Below are positions 44,027 through 53,453 of a DNA stretch of 64,000 nt, one piece after another. The notes beneath the pieces are model-generated. The model searched no databases, had not been told where the DNA came from, and saw only the letters and a program-made list of their open reading frames with translations. The translations under genes and the position numbers were made by a program. Numbering within the stretch: position 1 is the stretch's first letter; each line of letters starts with the position of its first letter. The stretch is from a virus (lineage: Duplodnaviria; Heunggongvirae; Uroviricota; Caudoviricetes), in the IMG/VR virus record IMGVR_UViG_3300022187_000019; one strand, given 5' to 3'.

Positions 44027-44302
44027 TCAAGGCAATTTTTCAAATTCTTCCGGCTGGCGCAGCATCAGTGCGATCAGTTCGCCGTGGTTCTTGCGAGCGC
44101 CGCCAAAGCTCCCGCGACTGCGATGTTCGCTGAGGATCAGCTTATCGCTCATCGCGATCTGTGCCGCATATTCGAGCACCATTTCGATGATCGCCACGGT
44201 GGCATCTCTGGTGTGGCGAAACTCGCCGATGTCCACGCCGTTCTCATACAGCGTGTCCTCCACCATTTCGGTGATTCGCTCTTCCAGTTCCGCGCGCTTC
44301 AT
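44027..44302 (-). CDS. hypothetical protein
   Basis: about 91 aa; RBS GGAGGAC. Confidence 0.45.
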   Translation of the reverse strand: MKRAELEERITEMVEDTLYENGVDIGEFRHTRDATVAIIEMVLEYAAQIAMSDKLILSEHRSRGSFGGARKNHGELIALMLRQPEEFEKLP

Positions 44303-44694
44303 CTGGTCCTCCAGTTCATGCGGGCCGCCAGTTCGTCGTAGAGGTCTTCGGTGATCAGCTTCTCCGGCGGTATCCAGAAGCCTACCGGGATGCCGTGATC
44401 TTTGGCGATCGTGATCTCGGCCTGAACGCCGGTCGATTCTTCCCAGCCGGGCAGAATGAGGACGCACAAGCGATCGCATCGGGTGAGCAGCTTCTTGGAG
44501 AAGTCGGCCCAATAGTCCCACGTCAGCGGGAACTCGTTGCCCGTCTCGGCGAGGAGATGGTTCATCAGCGGGGACACCGGGTGATGTCCCAAGGCGATGA
44601 GTTCCCGCATGGTGTGCGTGAAGGCGTTGACGCGTGATGCGACGACGGCCGGATCGGCATGGCTGTAAGGCGCGGCGACGTAGATCAAGCTCAT
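44299..44694 (-). CDS. DUF1937 / nucleoside 2-deoxyribosyltransferase-like protein
   Basis: about 131 aa from MSLIYVAAPYS; PGWEESTGV. Confidence 0.55.
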   Translation of the reverse strand: MSLIYVAAPYSHADPAVVASRVNAFTHTMRELIALGHHPVSPLMNHLLAETGNEFPLTWDYWADFSKKLLTRCDRLCVLILPGWEESTGVQAEITIAKDHGIPVGFWIPPEKLITEDLYDELAARMNWRTR

Positions 44695-44891
44695 TCGATG
44701 GGCCTCCAGAAAAACCAGCGCCAGCCTGTTGCCACCACATAGAAGAGGCCGACCAAGGGGATGAGTCCCGCGACCAGAACCTTCTCGAAGCGGCTGTAGA
44801 GTGCATAGCGGTCCCGCAGTCCGGCCACGGTAAAGCCTACGACGCACCATGTTATGTATGCGATGCCGCACCAAGCGAGGAACACCATCAT
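44691..44891 (-). CDS. small membrane protein
   Basis: about 66 aa, hydrophobic. Confidence 0.3.
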   Translation of the reverse strand: MMVFLAWCGIAYITWCVVGFTVAGLRDRYALYSRFEKVLVAGLIPLVGLFYVVATGWRWFFWRPIE

Positions 44892-45127
44892 TCCTTGAAC
44901 TCCACGCATTCGAGGTTCCGCGTCTCCACGAACCAGTAGAGGCCATCCTCGTCGGCCGGGTCGCCGTCGCTTCGCGCCTCGATCACATAGAAGGTGTCGC
45001 CATCCTCCCAGCACGTCCCATGCGCCTCGTTGATCGCGCCCTCGCGGGTAAGGCACGGGCCGGACAGATCGAACACGTCGTCAGGGTAGAGGCCGGCATA
45101 CCAGCGCCACGGTGTCGGTTCGCTCAT
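44888..45127 (-). CDS. hypothetical protein
   Basis: 79 aa. Confidence 0.4.
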   Translation of the reverse strand: MSEPTPWRWYAGLYPDDVFDLSGPCLTREGAINEAHGTCWEDGDTFYVIEARSDGDPADEDGLYWFVETRNLECVEFKE

Positions 45128-45432
45128 GCGTCGTCACTCCGGGCGGCGCGGGCGGCAATGACCTGCCAGTCCGTCTCCGGGTCCCAATGACCGCAGTCAC
45201 CGGAATTGATCAGGGCGGTGTAGAGGTCCGTCATGTCGTCGAGCGCCTGTCGCAGCGCAGCGATCTCGGTAAGCGCTGCCCGCATGTGCCCGACGCATGT
45301 GACTTCGGCGACGCCTGCCGCGTCTTTCCATGCCTTGATGTCGGCACGCTTACCGGTCTCCTGCGCCTTGCGATAGGCGACCGCGTTGGCTTCCAGCACC
45401 CCAAGGATGTCGTCGATCGGTGTCAGGAACAT
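45124..45432 (-). CDS. hypothetical protein
   Basis: about 102 aa from MFLTPIDD. Confidence 0.4.
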   Translation of the reverse strand: MFLTPIDDILGVLEANAVAYRKAQETGKRADIKAWKDAAGVAEVTCVGHMRAALTEIAALRQALDDMTDLYTALINSGDCGHWDPETDWQVIAARAARSDDA

Positions 45433-45755
45433 GCTGCTGCTTTCTCCCGGTTCGCCGGGATGATGGGGTTGTTGCTGTAGGCCCACCGATAGAGGCGACG
45501 CTTGCCTTCCTTGGTGAGCGCGAACATGCGGGTGTCGAAGGCGCGCTTGTTCGGCTGGAGCAAGCCCTTCAATTCCTCGAACAGCTTGGCCGGGACGCGC
45601 ATCTTCTCGAAGTGGTTCTGGTAATAATGGTGGGTCGGACCTTCCTCGAAAGGCGCTCCGGGCCTGTAATCACCGCCGACGATGTGGTGCTCGTTGGTGT
45701 GAATCCAGAGAAGAACATCCTCGACGGTCTTCATCGTCTTCTGCTTCAAGCCCAT
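45423..45755 (-). CDS. hypothetical protein
   Basis: 110 aa. Confidence 0.45.
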   Translation of the reverse strand: MGLKQKTMKTVEDVLLWIHTNEHHIVGGDYRPGAPFEEGPTHHYYQNHFEKMRVPAKLFEELKGLLQPNKRAFDTRMFALTKEGKRRLYRWAYSNNPIIPANREKAAACS

Positions 45756-46162
45756 TATTCAGGTCCTACAGCGCGCTTTGCGGCTCGATAGTGTTTGATG
45801 AGAAGACGGAACTTCGCCCATTCTTCGTCATCTTCGGTGGCGTCGATGAACTCGCAACAGTCCGCGAAGGGGCGAAGCGCCCTCAGCGCCACATCATATT
45901 CCCCATTCAAACGAGAGAAATCGGCTTTCCACTGCTGGGCACGGTCGAACCACAGCATCGCCTCGGTCGCTTCCTTATGCTTCTCGTCGAGCAGGAAAGC
46001 GCCGGAGTTGCGGAGGAGTTCGATCTCGTCCGCCATGTCGTGGATCAGATTGTGCGCCTCGTAGAGCTTTTCGATCTGCCGGGGCGTCAGCGTGTCTGCA
46101 AGTTCGTCGGCGATCGACATCGGCCATACTGCCGTCCCGCGCGCCTCGTCGGTGTTGATCAT
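45755..46162 (-). CDS. hypothetical protein
   Basis: 135 aa. Confidence 0.45.
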   Translation of the reverse strand: MINTDEARGTAVWPMSIADELADTLTPRQIEKLYEAHNLIHDMADEIELLRNSGAFLLDEKHKEATEAMLWFDRAQQWKADFSRLNGEYDVALRALRPFADCCEFIDATEDDEEWAKFRLLIKHYRAAKRAVGPE

Positions 46163-46353
46163 GGGGTGCTATCCAGAATTTCGTCCAGCATGGATTCCAT
46201 GCGATCGGCATCGCAGACGATCGCAGCGTAGAAGCACATGATCCCGCCGATGATGAGCGAGATGGTGCTGCAATAGTGACCCTGATCGGCCATCCAGCCG
46301 GCGGTGATGACGCAGGCGATGCTCGCCGCGCCATAGAAATGGCGCTTGCTCAT
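46159..46353 (-). CDS. small membrane protein
   Basis: 64 aa, 2 transmembrane helices. Confidence 0.4.
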   Translation of the reverse strand: MSKRHFYGAASIACVITAGWMADQGHYCSTISLIIGGIMCFYAAIVCDADRMESMLDEILDSTP

Positions 46354-46514
46354 TTCGCGAAGGTGCCATCGATCTCAGCCATCAGGCCGATAGCGATCAC
46401 GACGGCGGCGATGCCCGCGCTGATCGCAGCGGACGAGAGGCCGAGTTGGGCGAGGACGCCGGTCACCAGAATGAAGGCGATAATGGCGAAGAAGAAGAGG
46501 TAGCGATTGTTCAA
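46350..46514 (-). CDS. small membrane protein (TTG start)
   Basis: 54 aa, not in the supplied ORF track; ATGA-coupled to downstream gene. Confidence 0.3.
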   Translation of the reverse strand: MNNRYLFFFAIIAFILVTGVLAQLGLSSAAISAGIAAVVIAIGLMAEIDGTFAK

Positions 46515-46584
46515 GTGGTGTCCCCTGTTATTCTTGAACGACTCGATGTCATGTTAAAATGACTATGCGAAGTGAGTCGTGATG

Positions 46585-46773
46585 TCAACCAGCAACGCGG
46601 CGATCGAACCGGGTTTCGAGGATCAATTCGCGGAGGATGTGCTTGAGGTCATCCACCGTTTCGGCCGCATCCACGTCGCGGAGCATCTGTCGCTGCATGA
46701 CGCGGTGGAAGGCTTCGAATATCGAGACGCCCTCCCCGTCCCGCTCGCGCTTTACCTCGTCGGCGAATGTCAT
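46585..46773 (-). CDS. hypothetical protein
   Basis: 62 aa. Confidence 0.35.
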   Translation of the reverse strand: MTFADEVKRERDGEGVSIFEAFHRVMQRQMLRDVDAAETVDDLKHILRELILETRFDRRVAG

Positions 46774-47042
46774 CGGACTTCCAGCGCCTCTCTCATGACG
46801 CCGGCTTGGAACCGGCGGCCCTGCCAGTGGGCGGCCTTCATCAGCGTCTCGACGCCTTGGATGCGATAGATGAACCGCAGCAGCGTCTCGCCTTCATCGC
46901 GGAGGAAGACATGGGTGTCGCGGCCGGGACCGAAGCACTCGATCTCGCAGCGGTTCAGGCGCTCGTCCGTGCGATCGCAGGGCGTGATGCTATTGAAGCC
47001 GGCGGCCGGCCGCCAGAAATGCAGCTTGTAGAAGTCGCTCAT
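46770..47042 (-). CDS. hypothetical protein
   Basis: about 90 aa from MSDFYKLHFW. Confidence 0.45.
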   Translation of the reverse strand: MSDFYKLHFWRPAAGFNSITPCDRTDERLNRCEIECFGPGRDTHVFLRDEGETLLRFIYRIQGVETLMKAAHWQGRRFQAGVMREALEVR

Positions 47043-47581
47043 GCGTCGCGCTTCTCCGCCAGCTTGGCGAGGCCCTGCTGGACGATCTCGTGTGCCTCTT
47101 GCCACAGGGATTCATTCCCCTCGATCAGCACCCCGAGCAGCCGGATTTTCTCCGGTAGGTAGATGCGGGCGAAGCCTTCGTCCAGCGCGAGGATCGACCG
47201 GGAGTTCGAGATCAGGTCGGCCAGCTTGATCGTCTTCGTCCGGGGCGGAGCCTTCGCGATATGCTCACGGTCCATCGCCTTGCGGATCGCCCGGTTGCCG
47301 TCCGACGGCTTGCTCACGTCAGTCAGCCATTGGACATGGTTCGCCACCTCGTAGCCGAAGCGGTTCCACACCTCGCCGATTTGCGTGTTGGTGTCCTCCA
47401 CCACGTCGTGCAGGATCGCGGCGATGATCATGTCGGTGTCGTCGGTCACTTGCGCGACGATGGAGGCGACCTCCAAGGTGTGCGTGACGTAAGGCTCACC
47501 GGTCCATTTGCGGACCTGCCCGTGATGGCGGCTGGCGGCGAACGCAGCGGCCTCAAGGATCAGCATCTGGTCGGCGCTCAA
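47039..47581 (-). CDS. HD-domain phosphohydrolase (SpoT/RelA-type)
   Basis: 180 aa; H...HD motif AAILHDVVEDT. Confidence 0.7.
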   Translation of the reverse strand: MSADQMLILEAAAFAASRHHGQVRKWTGEPYVTHTLEVASIVAQVTDDTDMIIAAILHDVVEDTNTQIGEVWNRFGYEVANHVQWLTDVSKPSDGNRAIRKAMDREHIAKAPPRTKTIKLADLISNSRSILALDEGFARIYLPEKIRLLGVLIEGNESLWQEAHEIVQQGLAKLAEKRDA

Positions 47582-47952
47582 TATCCTTCCTCCCGGCCGA
47601 CGATCAGCACGGCGAAATAGCCGCTGAGGTCGAGGCCCGTGATGAAGTTACCGGTGCTGCTGCCGGGGTTCGCAACCCATAGCGTCTCGTCGCCGTTGTA
47701 GCGATAGTCCCCGCCCTTCCAGCCGGTGAAGATCGTGCCGATCGCACCTTCAAGCTGTTCGATCAGTGCCTCAGCCTCCGGCGGGCGGGCGTCGCCGTCG
47801 TATCCGGTCGGTTCCCAGCCCAGCGCTGGCTGGTCATAATATCCGCGATAGCTGGCCACGGTCGTCGGCGCGATGTCAGCAAAGCTGAACACGACCGGGC
47901 GTTCCGGTGCCAGTTCCTTGAGGGCGGCGATCACTTGGTTCATGGTCATCAT
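47578..47952 (-). CDS. hypothetical protein
   Basis: 124 aa. Confidence 0.45.
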   Translation of the reverse strand: MMTMNQVIAALKELAPERPVVFSFADIAPTTVASYRGYYDQPALGWEPTGYDGDARPPEAEALIEQLEGAIGTIFTGWKGGDYRYNGDETLWVANPGSSTGNFITGLDLSGYFAVLIVGREEGY

Positions 47953-47965
47953 GGCAGCGGTCTCC

Positions 47966-48283
47966 TCAGTGCATGGTCGGTTCGGCCACGATGCTGTGAT
48001 CGTGGAAGCGGCTTACCAGCGTGACGGTCGCGCCGGCCAGTTCCGGGTGGTCGCGCAGATGACTCAGGAATGCCTTGTAGGTGCGCGGACCGTGATAGTG
48101 GGTGCTGTATCCCGACCGCAGTTCGCGGGACTCTTCCCACGTCAACCAGCGCTTCGCCTTGTCCGACCACCACAGGGCATGACCGTCGGCGTCCGACGCG
48201 CAGATGCCCCAGAAATGCGATCGCAGGATGCGCGTGCCGACCTCGGCCTCGAAGCGGATATTATGTGTGAGGGCCTTGCCCAC
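47966..48283 (-). CDS. hypothetical protein
   Basis: 105 aa. Confidence 0.45.
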   Translation of the reverse strand: MGKALTHNIRFEAEVGTRILRSHFWGICASDADGHALWWSDKAKRWLTWEESRELRSGYSTHYHGPRTYKAFLSHLRDHPELAGATVTLVSRFHDHSIVAEPTMH

Positions 48284-48346
48284 GTCAGTCTCCTTTTATT
48301 TCTAATCGACTCAGTGTCGTGTGAGACTGTCGTAGGATGATTCGTC

Positions 48347-48577
48347 CTATGCGTCAACCCATGTGGCGCATTCCTGTGCAGCGTGCGCCTCATGGTAATA
48401 GGGACTGTCCGGCAACATCGTCGCCAGATTGATGTGGCGGCGCACGTCCGTCACGTTGAAGCCGATCATGGTGATGGTCGGGAGCGGGTATTCACAGGTC
48501 GCCGAATGCTCCGGTTCCTTGGAGCACTGCGGAGTCCGTGCCGGTCCCCGCCACTTGCAGGTCAGGCAGTTACGCAT
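48347..48577 (-). CDS. Cys-rich small protein
   Basis: 76 aa. Confidence 0.4.
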   Translation of the reverse strand: MRNCLTCKWRGPARTPQCSKEPEHSATCEYPLPTITMIGFNVTDVRRHINLATMLPDSPYYHEAHAAQECATWVDA

Positions 48578-48583
48578 GGTGTG

Positions 48584-48793
48584 TCAGTCCCCAAGCGACT
48601 GGCGGTAGGTAGCTCCGGCCAATCGGTTCATTTCCTCGGCGTCGGCTTCATCGCTCGCCCGGCGGGCTTCGGCGTCCAGAAGCTCCAGCGCCTCCACCGC
48701 GAGATGGTAGGAAGCGATGAAGCCATCTTGCAAGCAGACCACGTCGTCGTGGTCATAATTGCAAAGGTTCAGTTCGCCCTCCAGCACGATCAT
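48584..48793 (-). CDS. hypothetical small protein
   Basis: about 69 aa. Confidence 0.3.
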   Translation of the reverse strand: MIVLEGELNLCNYDHDDVVCLQDGFIASYHLAVEALELLDAEARRASDEADAEEMNRLAGATYRQSLGD

Positions 48794-48819
48794 TTCGCTC
48801 AGGATGTCCCGGATGGTTC

Positions 48820-49107
48820 TCAAAACAGGTCCACCCCAACAGGCACGAAAGCGCACACCGCGCCGCAGGTCATCATCGTCCAGAAGGCACCGCAGCTTTT
48901 CGCCGTGAAGCCATCGACCATCCACGCAGCAGCCGTGACGGCGAAGCTCAGGACGCCCATGATGCCGAAGCTCAGGATGACAGCGGTGGTGGTCCCGTCG
49001 GTCCATGCCGCCATGGCGAAGCCCAAGATGGTCGTGATGACCACGCACGGGATGTAGCTGTGATACCAGCGCTCGGTCGGGACAGGGTAGCTCCGCGTCA
49101 TTTCCAT
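48820..49107 (-). CDS. membrane protein
   Basis: 95 aa, 3 transmembrane helices. Confidence 0.4.
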   Translation of the reverse strand: MEMTRSYPVPTERWYHSYIPCVVITTILGFAMAAWTDGTTTAVILSFGIMGVLSFAVTAAAWMVDGFTAKSCGAFWTMMTCGAVCAFVPVGVDLF

Positions 49108-49268
49108 GCTTCCAGTTCTTCGCAGATGCCCTCGTAATCGTCCTCATCCAGCATGATCTGGATACGGCCGGCCGAGTTCACCATGTGAGATTTGATGTGG
49201 TTGATCTGGTGCTCAAGCTCCTCGATCCGGCGCTTGAGCATGACGACCTCGATCCGATCGTCGGTCAC
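49098..49268 (-). CDS. small coiled-coil protein (GTG start, GTGA coupling)
   Basis: about 56 aa, not in the supplied ORF track. Confidence 0.3.
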   Translation of the reverse strand: MTDDRIEVVMLKRRIEELEHQINHIKSHMVNSAGRIQIMLDEDDYEGICEELEAWK

Positions 49269-49549
49269 GCCCAGCCCTTCGCCCGGCTACGCTTGCGGAA
49301 GTCCGCCAGCGGATACCAGTATTCGACGAAGGACATACCGACGGTCAGGCCGCCTTCGCGGAGGTGGACGCCGCGCTTGATGCCCTTATAGCGCCATGCG
49401 AACGGGTTACCATCCTTGTCGTAGCACTCGACCCGGACATTCACCTCGTTGTCATGGTCAACCAGCGCCACCAGCCGGCGGCGGAGAACCCATGCGAGGA
49501 GACGGCGGAACGGCGCGTAAGGGACAGGCTGTGTGGGGCGGTGGTTCAT
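49265..49549 (-). CDS. hypothetical protein
   Basis: 94 aa. Confidence 0.4.
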   Translation of the reverse strand: MNHRPTQPVPYAPFRRLLAWVLRRRLVALVDHDNEVNVRVECYDKDGNPFAWRYKGIKRGVHLREGGLTVGMSFVEYWYPLADFRKRSRAKGWA

Positions 49550-49746
49550 TTCTTCCTCACGATGATCTCGAACTCGCCCAGATCGGCGTGGTCGATCGTT
49601 ACGGTGTTGAGCACGCGGGTGACGGCCATCAGGAAGCCGTCCAGCGACGGCGCTTCGATGATGCCCTGCGCCGCTGCGCTGGCGATCTTCATGGCGACCG
49701 ACCGGGTGTAGTCGTCGCCCATGTAATGGAGTGAGCTATCCGCCAA
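49546..49746 (-). CDS. hypothetical protein
   Basis: 66 aa. Confidence 0.4.
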   Translation of the reverse strand: MADSSLHYMGDDYTRSVAMKIASAAAQGIIEAPSLDGFLMAVTRVLNTVTIDHADLGEFEIIVRKK

Positions 49747-50182
49747 CGGCCAGCGCCTTCTTCTGGTGCTTGCGCGCGTCCTTCTCGTCCTTGACCTCTT
49801 CCGTCAGGGCGAACTTGATGTCCGGGTGGTCAAGGTTGCTGCCCAGCCATTCCATCGCCATGTCGAACCGCACCAGCGGCCGGTAGACGAGGCCGCCGTA
49901 GCGGTTGAAGGCTTCGACGCTGGCCAGACCCTTGGTCACCAGTTCGTCAAGCGCCGCCTGAGCGCGCGGGGAAGGCTTGGCCTTCTGCAACTGGAAGGTG
50001 ACTTCGCCCTTGCCCGGCACCATCATGCCGAACCATGCGCCGGCTACGCCCTTGGCGTCGAAGCTGAGGTCGTCGAACCAGTTTTCGTTTTCGATGATCG
50101 CGGTCACAGATGATTCCATGTCAGAGGGTGGCTGCTGAATTGGAGATAAGCTCATTGTGACCCAGCCCGTTGCGGAAGTCAT
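49736..50182 (-). CDS. hypothetical protein
   Basis: 148 aa. Confidence 0.45.
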   Translation of the reverse strand: MTSATGWVTMSLSPIQQPPSDMESSVTAIIENENWFDDLSFDAKGVAGAWFGMMVPGKGEVTFQLQKAKPSPRAQAALDELVTKGLASVEAFNRYGGLVYRPLVRFDMAMEWLGSNLDHPDIKFALTEEVKDEKDARKHQKKALAVGG

Positions 50183-50448
50183 AGGTCTCCTCCTTGATGC
50201 AGATGAATGCCGGCCAGCGGCCGGTCCTCGTCCGTAAGTGTGATGTCACGCGCCTTGAGCCAGATCGTGTGGTGGGTAGCGCCCTTCCGCTTCACGTCGA
50301 ACTCGATCTTGATCGGATCACGAAAGTTGCTCTCGACGATGGAAGTCACGGTCGCAAGGCGACCATCGTTTCCCAATTTGCGGTAGGGCTGCTTCCAGTT
50401 TTCCGGGTCGGCCAACTTAACGCGGTCCCCGATTGAGAAGTCCGTCAT
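50179..50448 (-). CDS. hypothetical protein
   Basis: 89 aa. Confidence 0.45.
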   Translation of the reverse strand: MTDFSIGDRVKLADPENWKQPYRKLGNDGRLATVTSIVESNFRDPIKIEFDVKRKGATHHTIWLKARDITLTDEDRPLAGIHLHQGGDL

Positions 50449-50805
50449 GGCCGGCTCTCGTCGATCTCGACCAGCACGTCGTCCTGCGATCCGCCGATGA
50501 TCTCGTTGCAGGGATTGCTCCCCGGCGGATTGGCATAGCGCGTCTCGAACTCGACCTCGCGGCAGAGATTCGTGATGGGACCGCCGCCGGGGCGGATGGT
50601 CTCCATGTTGTCGATCTGGAACTCGGCATCCGACGCCGCCGACGCGGCCAGCCGCTCGCAGGTCTTCACGACGCCAAGGAAGGCGGCCTGATAGATACGG
50701 GCGTAGTTGGACGTGATGGACTTCCAGCCGGAGTTATCCGCCACCTGCTTCGCGATCTCCTCGGCGAGGACGCGCTGCGATTCCTTCGTGTTGGGGATGG
50801 TCATG
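50445..50805 (-). CDS. hypothetical protein
   Basis: about 120 aa from MTIPNTKES; RBS GGAGGAGAAG. Confidence 0.45.
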
Positions 50806-51025
50806 GCTTCTCCTCCAGCAGGTCGGTGCCGTCGAACGCATAGCACTTGGCGTAGCGGTCGTAATCGATCAGGTCCGGGTGGGCGTCCATGAACGTCTGG
50901 ATGTCCGACGATGCGATCGCCAGCGTCACGTCGAACTTCTCGACGATCTGCTTGCGGCGGATCATGCCGTAAGTCATCAGCGTGGCGCGGATGAAGTCCT
51001 GCCGCTGTTTCTGGAACCAACTCAT
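50801..51025 (-). CDS. hypothetical protein
   Basis: 74 aa. Confidence 0.4.
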   Translation of the reverse strand: MSWFQKQRQDFIRATLMTYGMIRRKQIVEKFDVTLAIASSDIQTFMDAHPDLIDYDRYAKCYAFDGTDLLEEKP

Positions 51026-51300
51026 GCCGATGCCTTGTCGATGACGAAGGTTTCGAGGAGGTCCACGTTGGTCGTGATGCCCATATCCACCGACGGGCCA
51101 TAGCCTTCGATGAACTCGCCGCAGTGTTTCGACGGTTCCGCGATACCGCGCGCCGCAAGCTGGGCGAGGTGTTCCGCGTGCTCTTCGAGCGTATCGAATT
51201 GGAAGAACGACTGGCGGAATTCATCCATGAACTCCGACGTGAACTTGGTCTCGTCGAGCGTGACGGTGACGATCTGCGTCACCTCAACCGTGAACTTCAT
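51022..51300 (-). CDS. hypothetical protein
   Basis: about 92 aa from MKFTVEVTQ; RBS AGGGGAG. Confidence 0.4.
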   Translation of the reverse strand: MKFTVEVTQIVTVTLDETKFTSEFMDEFRQSFFQFDTLEEHAEHLAQLAARGIAEPSKHCGEFIEGYGPSVDMGITTNVDLLETFVIDKASA

Positions 51301-51626
51301 GGGTGCTCCCCTTTGATGGCGTTGAACCGGTGGTCGCCCAGCGAGCCGGCCATGATGAAGAAGCGTCGCCCGAACGCCTGATAGGACAGGTAGAAAGGGC
51401 GCTCGTTGATCGGCCAGTCGCTCGCCGGCCATTCGTCTTTCGGCGTCTGGCTAAGGGCCGTGTGATGCCACGCCGCCAGCGAAAGACGGCGCTGCGTCTT
51501 GCGGAACAGGATCGCCTCGAACCGCTGGTGGATCAGGTTCGCATAGAGGCAGACGAGGACGAACAGGCCCGCCGCGATCCCTGCGAGGATCACCACGACA
51601 TAGCCGATGATCTCGAAGACGCTCAC
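51297..51626 (-). CDS. membrane protein (GTG start)
   Basis: GTGA coupling; 1 transmembrane helix. Confidence 0.35.
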   Translation of the reverse strand: MSVFEIIGYVVVILAGIAAGLFVLVCLYANLIHQRFEAILFRKTQRRLSLAAWHHTALSQTPKDEWPASDWPINERPFYLSYQAFGRRFFIMAGSLGDHRFNAIKGEHP

Positions 51627-51948
51627 GGCCGGAACTTCGCCAGTATCCGGTGCGCCGTGTAACCGATGCACTGGAAATCCCCCACGATGGAGGAGGACAT
51701 AGGGTCCGTAGTGTCCAACCGGTCGCGGCTGATCCGCAGGATTCGTTCGAGCGCTTCCACCAACTCGGCGTTCTGCTCTTCCAGCGCCTTCTCATAGGCG
51801 GTCGGTTCGGCTGGGTTCGCCTCCGGGTCAGCCGCCAGAAGCTCATCGGCCAAAGACCAAACCTCCTTCGGGTTCCATACCCGGCCGCGCGCCAGCATAC
51901 CAGAAGCGATGGACGCAGCGATCTCGGTGCGCGGGTTGTGGTAGCTCA
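51623..51948 (-). CDS. hypothetical protein (GTG start)
   Basis: GTGA coupling with upstream stop. Confidence 0.35.
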
Positions 51949-52200
51949 CGGGAAGACCTCCGTTTCGAGGAAGAACTGGACCGCTCGGAGGTGAAGCTCC
52001 CAATCGGTTCCGGGATATTGCTCCGCCTCCCCGTCCAGAGCGGCGAGGATGCGGGCGCGTTCGGCGGCGATCTCCGGGGAGACCGGCGCGGCTGGGGCGC
52101 ACATATAGTTGCACACCTCCCCGTCCGACGGGCGACGATGAGCGCCACCCGTCGTTTCAGGGCCGAAGTAGCCGCACTTGTTGCAGAAGGCGTCAGCCAA
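51946..52200 (-). CDS. hypothetical Cys-containing protein
   Basis: 84 aa. Confidence 0.4.
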   Translation of the reverse strand: MADAFCNKCGYFGPETTGGAHRRPSDGEVCNYMCAPAAPVSPEIAAERARILAALDGEAEQYPGTDWELHLRAVQFFLETEVFP

Positions 52201-52492
52201 CCTGCTCGGCCGCCTCGTCTTCGACCGAGCGCATGAAGTTGCTCAGGGTCGCGGACAGATTGCGGGCGATGTTCTCGGCATCTTCCTGATCGATCCGAGC
52301 GAGGAAATCCTCGGCCTCGGCCCAGCCCTGCGGGGTGTCGGTGAACGGGCCGGCGCGGAACGCCGGCTCGACGCCTTCGGCGGTTTCGCCGCGCAGGCAG
52401 ATCGTCGGGCCGTCGAAGTCGTCACCGACGCCTTCGATCGTTGCGAGCAACTGACCGTGTTCGGTCTCGAACAGCTTTGCGAACTTTGCCAT
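52193..52492 (-). CDS. hypothetical protein, paralog A
   Basis: 99 aa; shares FAKLFxTxHGQLL...DGP...RG...EGW with the next gene. Confidence 0.5.
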   Translation of the reverse strand: MAKFAKLFETEHGQLLATIEGVGDDFDGPTICLRGETAEGVEPAFRAGPFTDTPQGWAEAEDFLARIDQEDAENIARNLSATLSNFMRSVEDEAAEQVG

Positions 52493-52504
52493 CGGTCCCT
52501 CCGA

Positions 52505-53128
52505 TCAGACCGCGTCGCGGTGCTTGGTGGTGTCGGTCATGCCCGCTTCGGCGGACGCAGCCATGGCGGCCATCAACTGCTCGGAGAACGCCGCCTGACC
52601 ACGCGCCGACAGATCGGCTGCTGCACCTTCGGCGACTTCCTGCGAGAAGGCATCGAACGCGCGCGCGGCCGACAGCCAGCCCTCGTCGGTGCCCGTGTAG
52701 GCCATGACGAACTCGGGCGTGTATTCGCGCGGACCGGCACCGCGAATGACGATGTGCGGTCCGTCGTGCTCCGGCGTCGGGTTGTTGAGCGTGACCAGCA
52801 ACTGGCCGTGGCGGGTGCTGAACAGCTTGGCGAAGGGCACCATCGCGAACGGCGCGGCAGTCGGAGCCACCGGCGGCACGCCCAGCAGAGCGGACATCAG
52901 GTCGATGAAGGCGAGCGCGTTCTCGATGTCTTCCTTGTCGGCAGCGGTCGGTTCCGGCTGGGCCGTGGGCTTGGCAGCGCCGAAGATTTCGTCGAGCAGC
53001 GCGCCGAATGCTGCGCTGGAGTCGATCGTGCGGTCGGTGGTGGTCTGCATGGAGGCTCCTTTTCCTTCGGTGAGTATCTGGTCGATCTCCGCGAAGAAGG
53101 ACCGGGTGGCTTGCGATTCGTTCGTCAT
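52505..53128 (-). CDS. hypothetical protein, paralog B (longer)
   Basis: 207 aa. Confidence 0.5.
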   Translation of the reverse strand: MTNESQATRSFFAEIDQILTEGKGASMQTTTDRTIDSSAAFGALLDEIFGAAKPTAQPEPTAADKEDIENALAFIDLMSALLGVPPVAPTAAPFAMVPFAKLFSTRHGQLLVTLNNPTPEHDGPHIVIRGAGPREYTPEFVMAYTGTDEGWLSAARAFDAFSQEVAEGAAADLSARGQAAFSEQLMAAMAASAEAGMTDTTKHRDAV

Positions 53129-53188
53129 GTGATTCTGATACCTATGTCATGTGAGACTGTCTATAGGGTTTGTGCAAATGGCGGTGAA

Positions 53189-53452
53189 TTATTTCGCCTG
53201 TTGCATCCGCTGGTATTGCGCCCACGCCTTCTGAGCGGTCAGGTCCATGGGGCGCGTGCCTCCGCTTGTGTGGCGCAGAGCCGCCTCGTATCCGGCATGG
53301 AAGATGTCTTCGGGCGTCTGGTCGGCCGGCGTGAGGCGATCGGCGATGTCACGGATACGCTGGCGCTCGGCTTCGAGGTCTCCCGGCGTCATCCAGTCGC
53401 GGGTGTATGGCCAGTGGGAAGCGACCATGGTGAGGAATTCCTTGTCGTTCAT
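53189..53452 (-). CDS. hypothetical protein
   Basis: about 87 aa from MNDKEFLTM. Confidence 0.4.
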   Translation of the reverse strand: MNDKEFLTMVASHWPYTRDWMTPGDLEAERQRIRDIADRLTPADQTPEDIFHAGYEAALRHTSGGTRPMDLTAQKAWAQYQRMQQAK

Positions 53453-53453
53453 G

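Noticed and set aside
44009-44354. + strand ORFs 44009..44341 and 44091..44354
   Set aside because: Antisense to a − strand gene (44027..44302) that has a GGAGGAC RBS and fits operon polarity.
46579-46869. + strand 96-aa ORF
   Set aside because: Opposes operon polarity; Trp/Cys-rich; the − strand ORF 46585..46773 is preferred, though itself weak.
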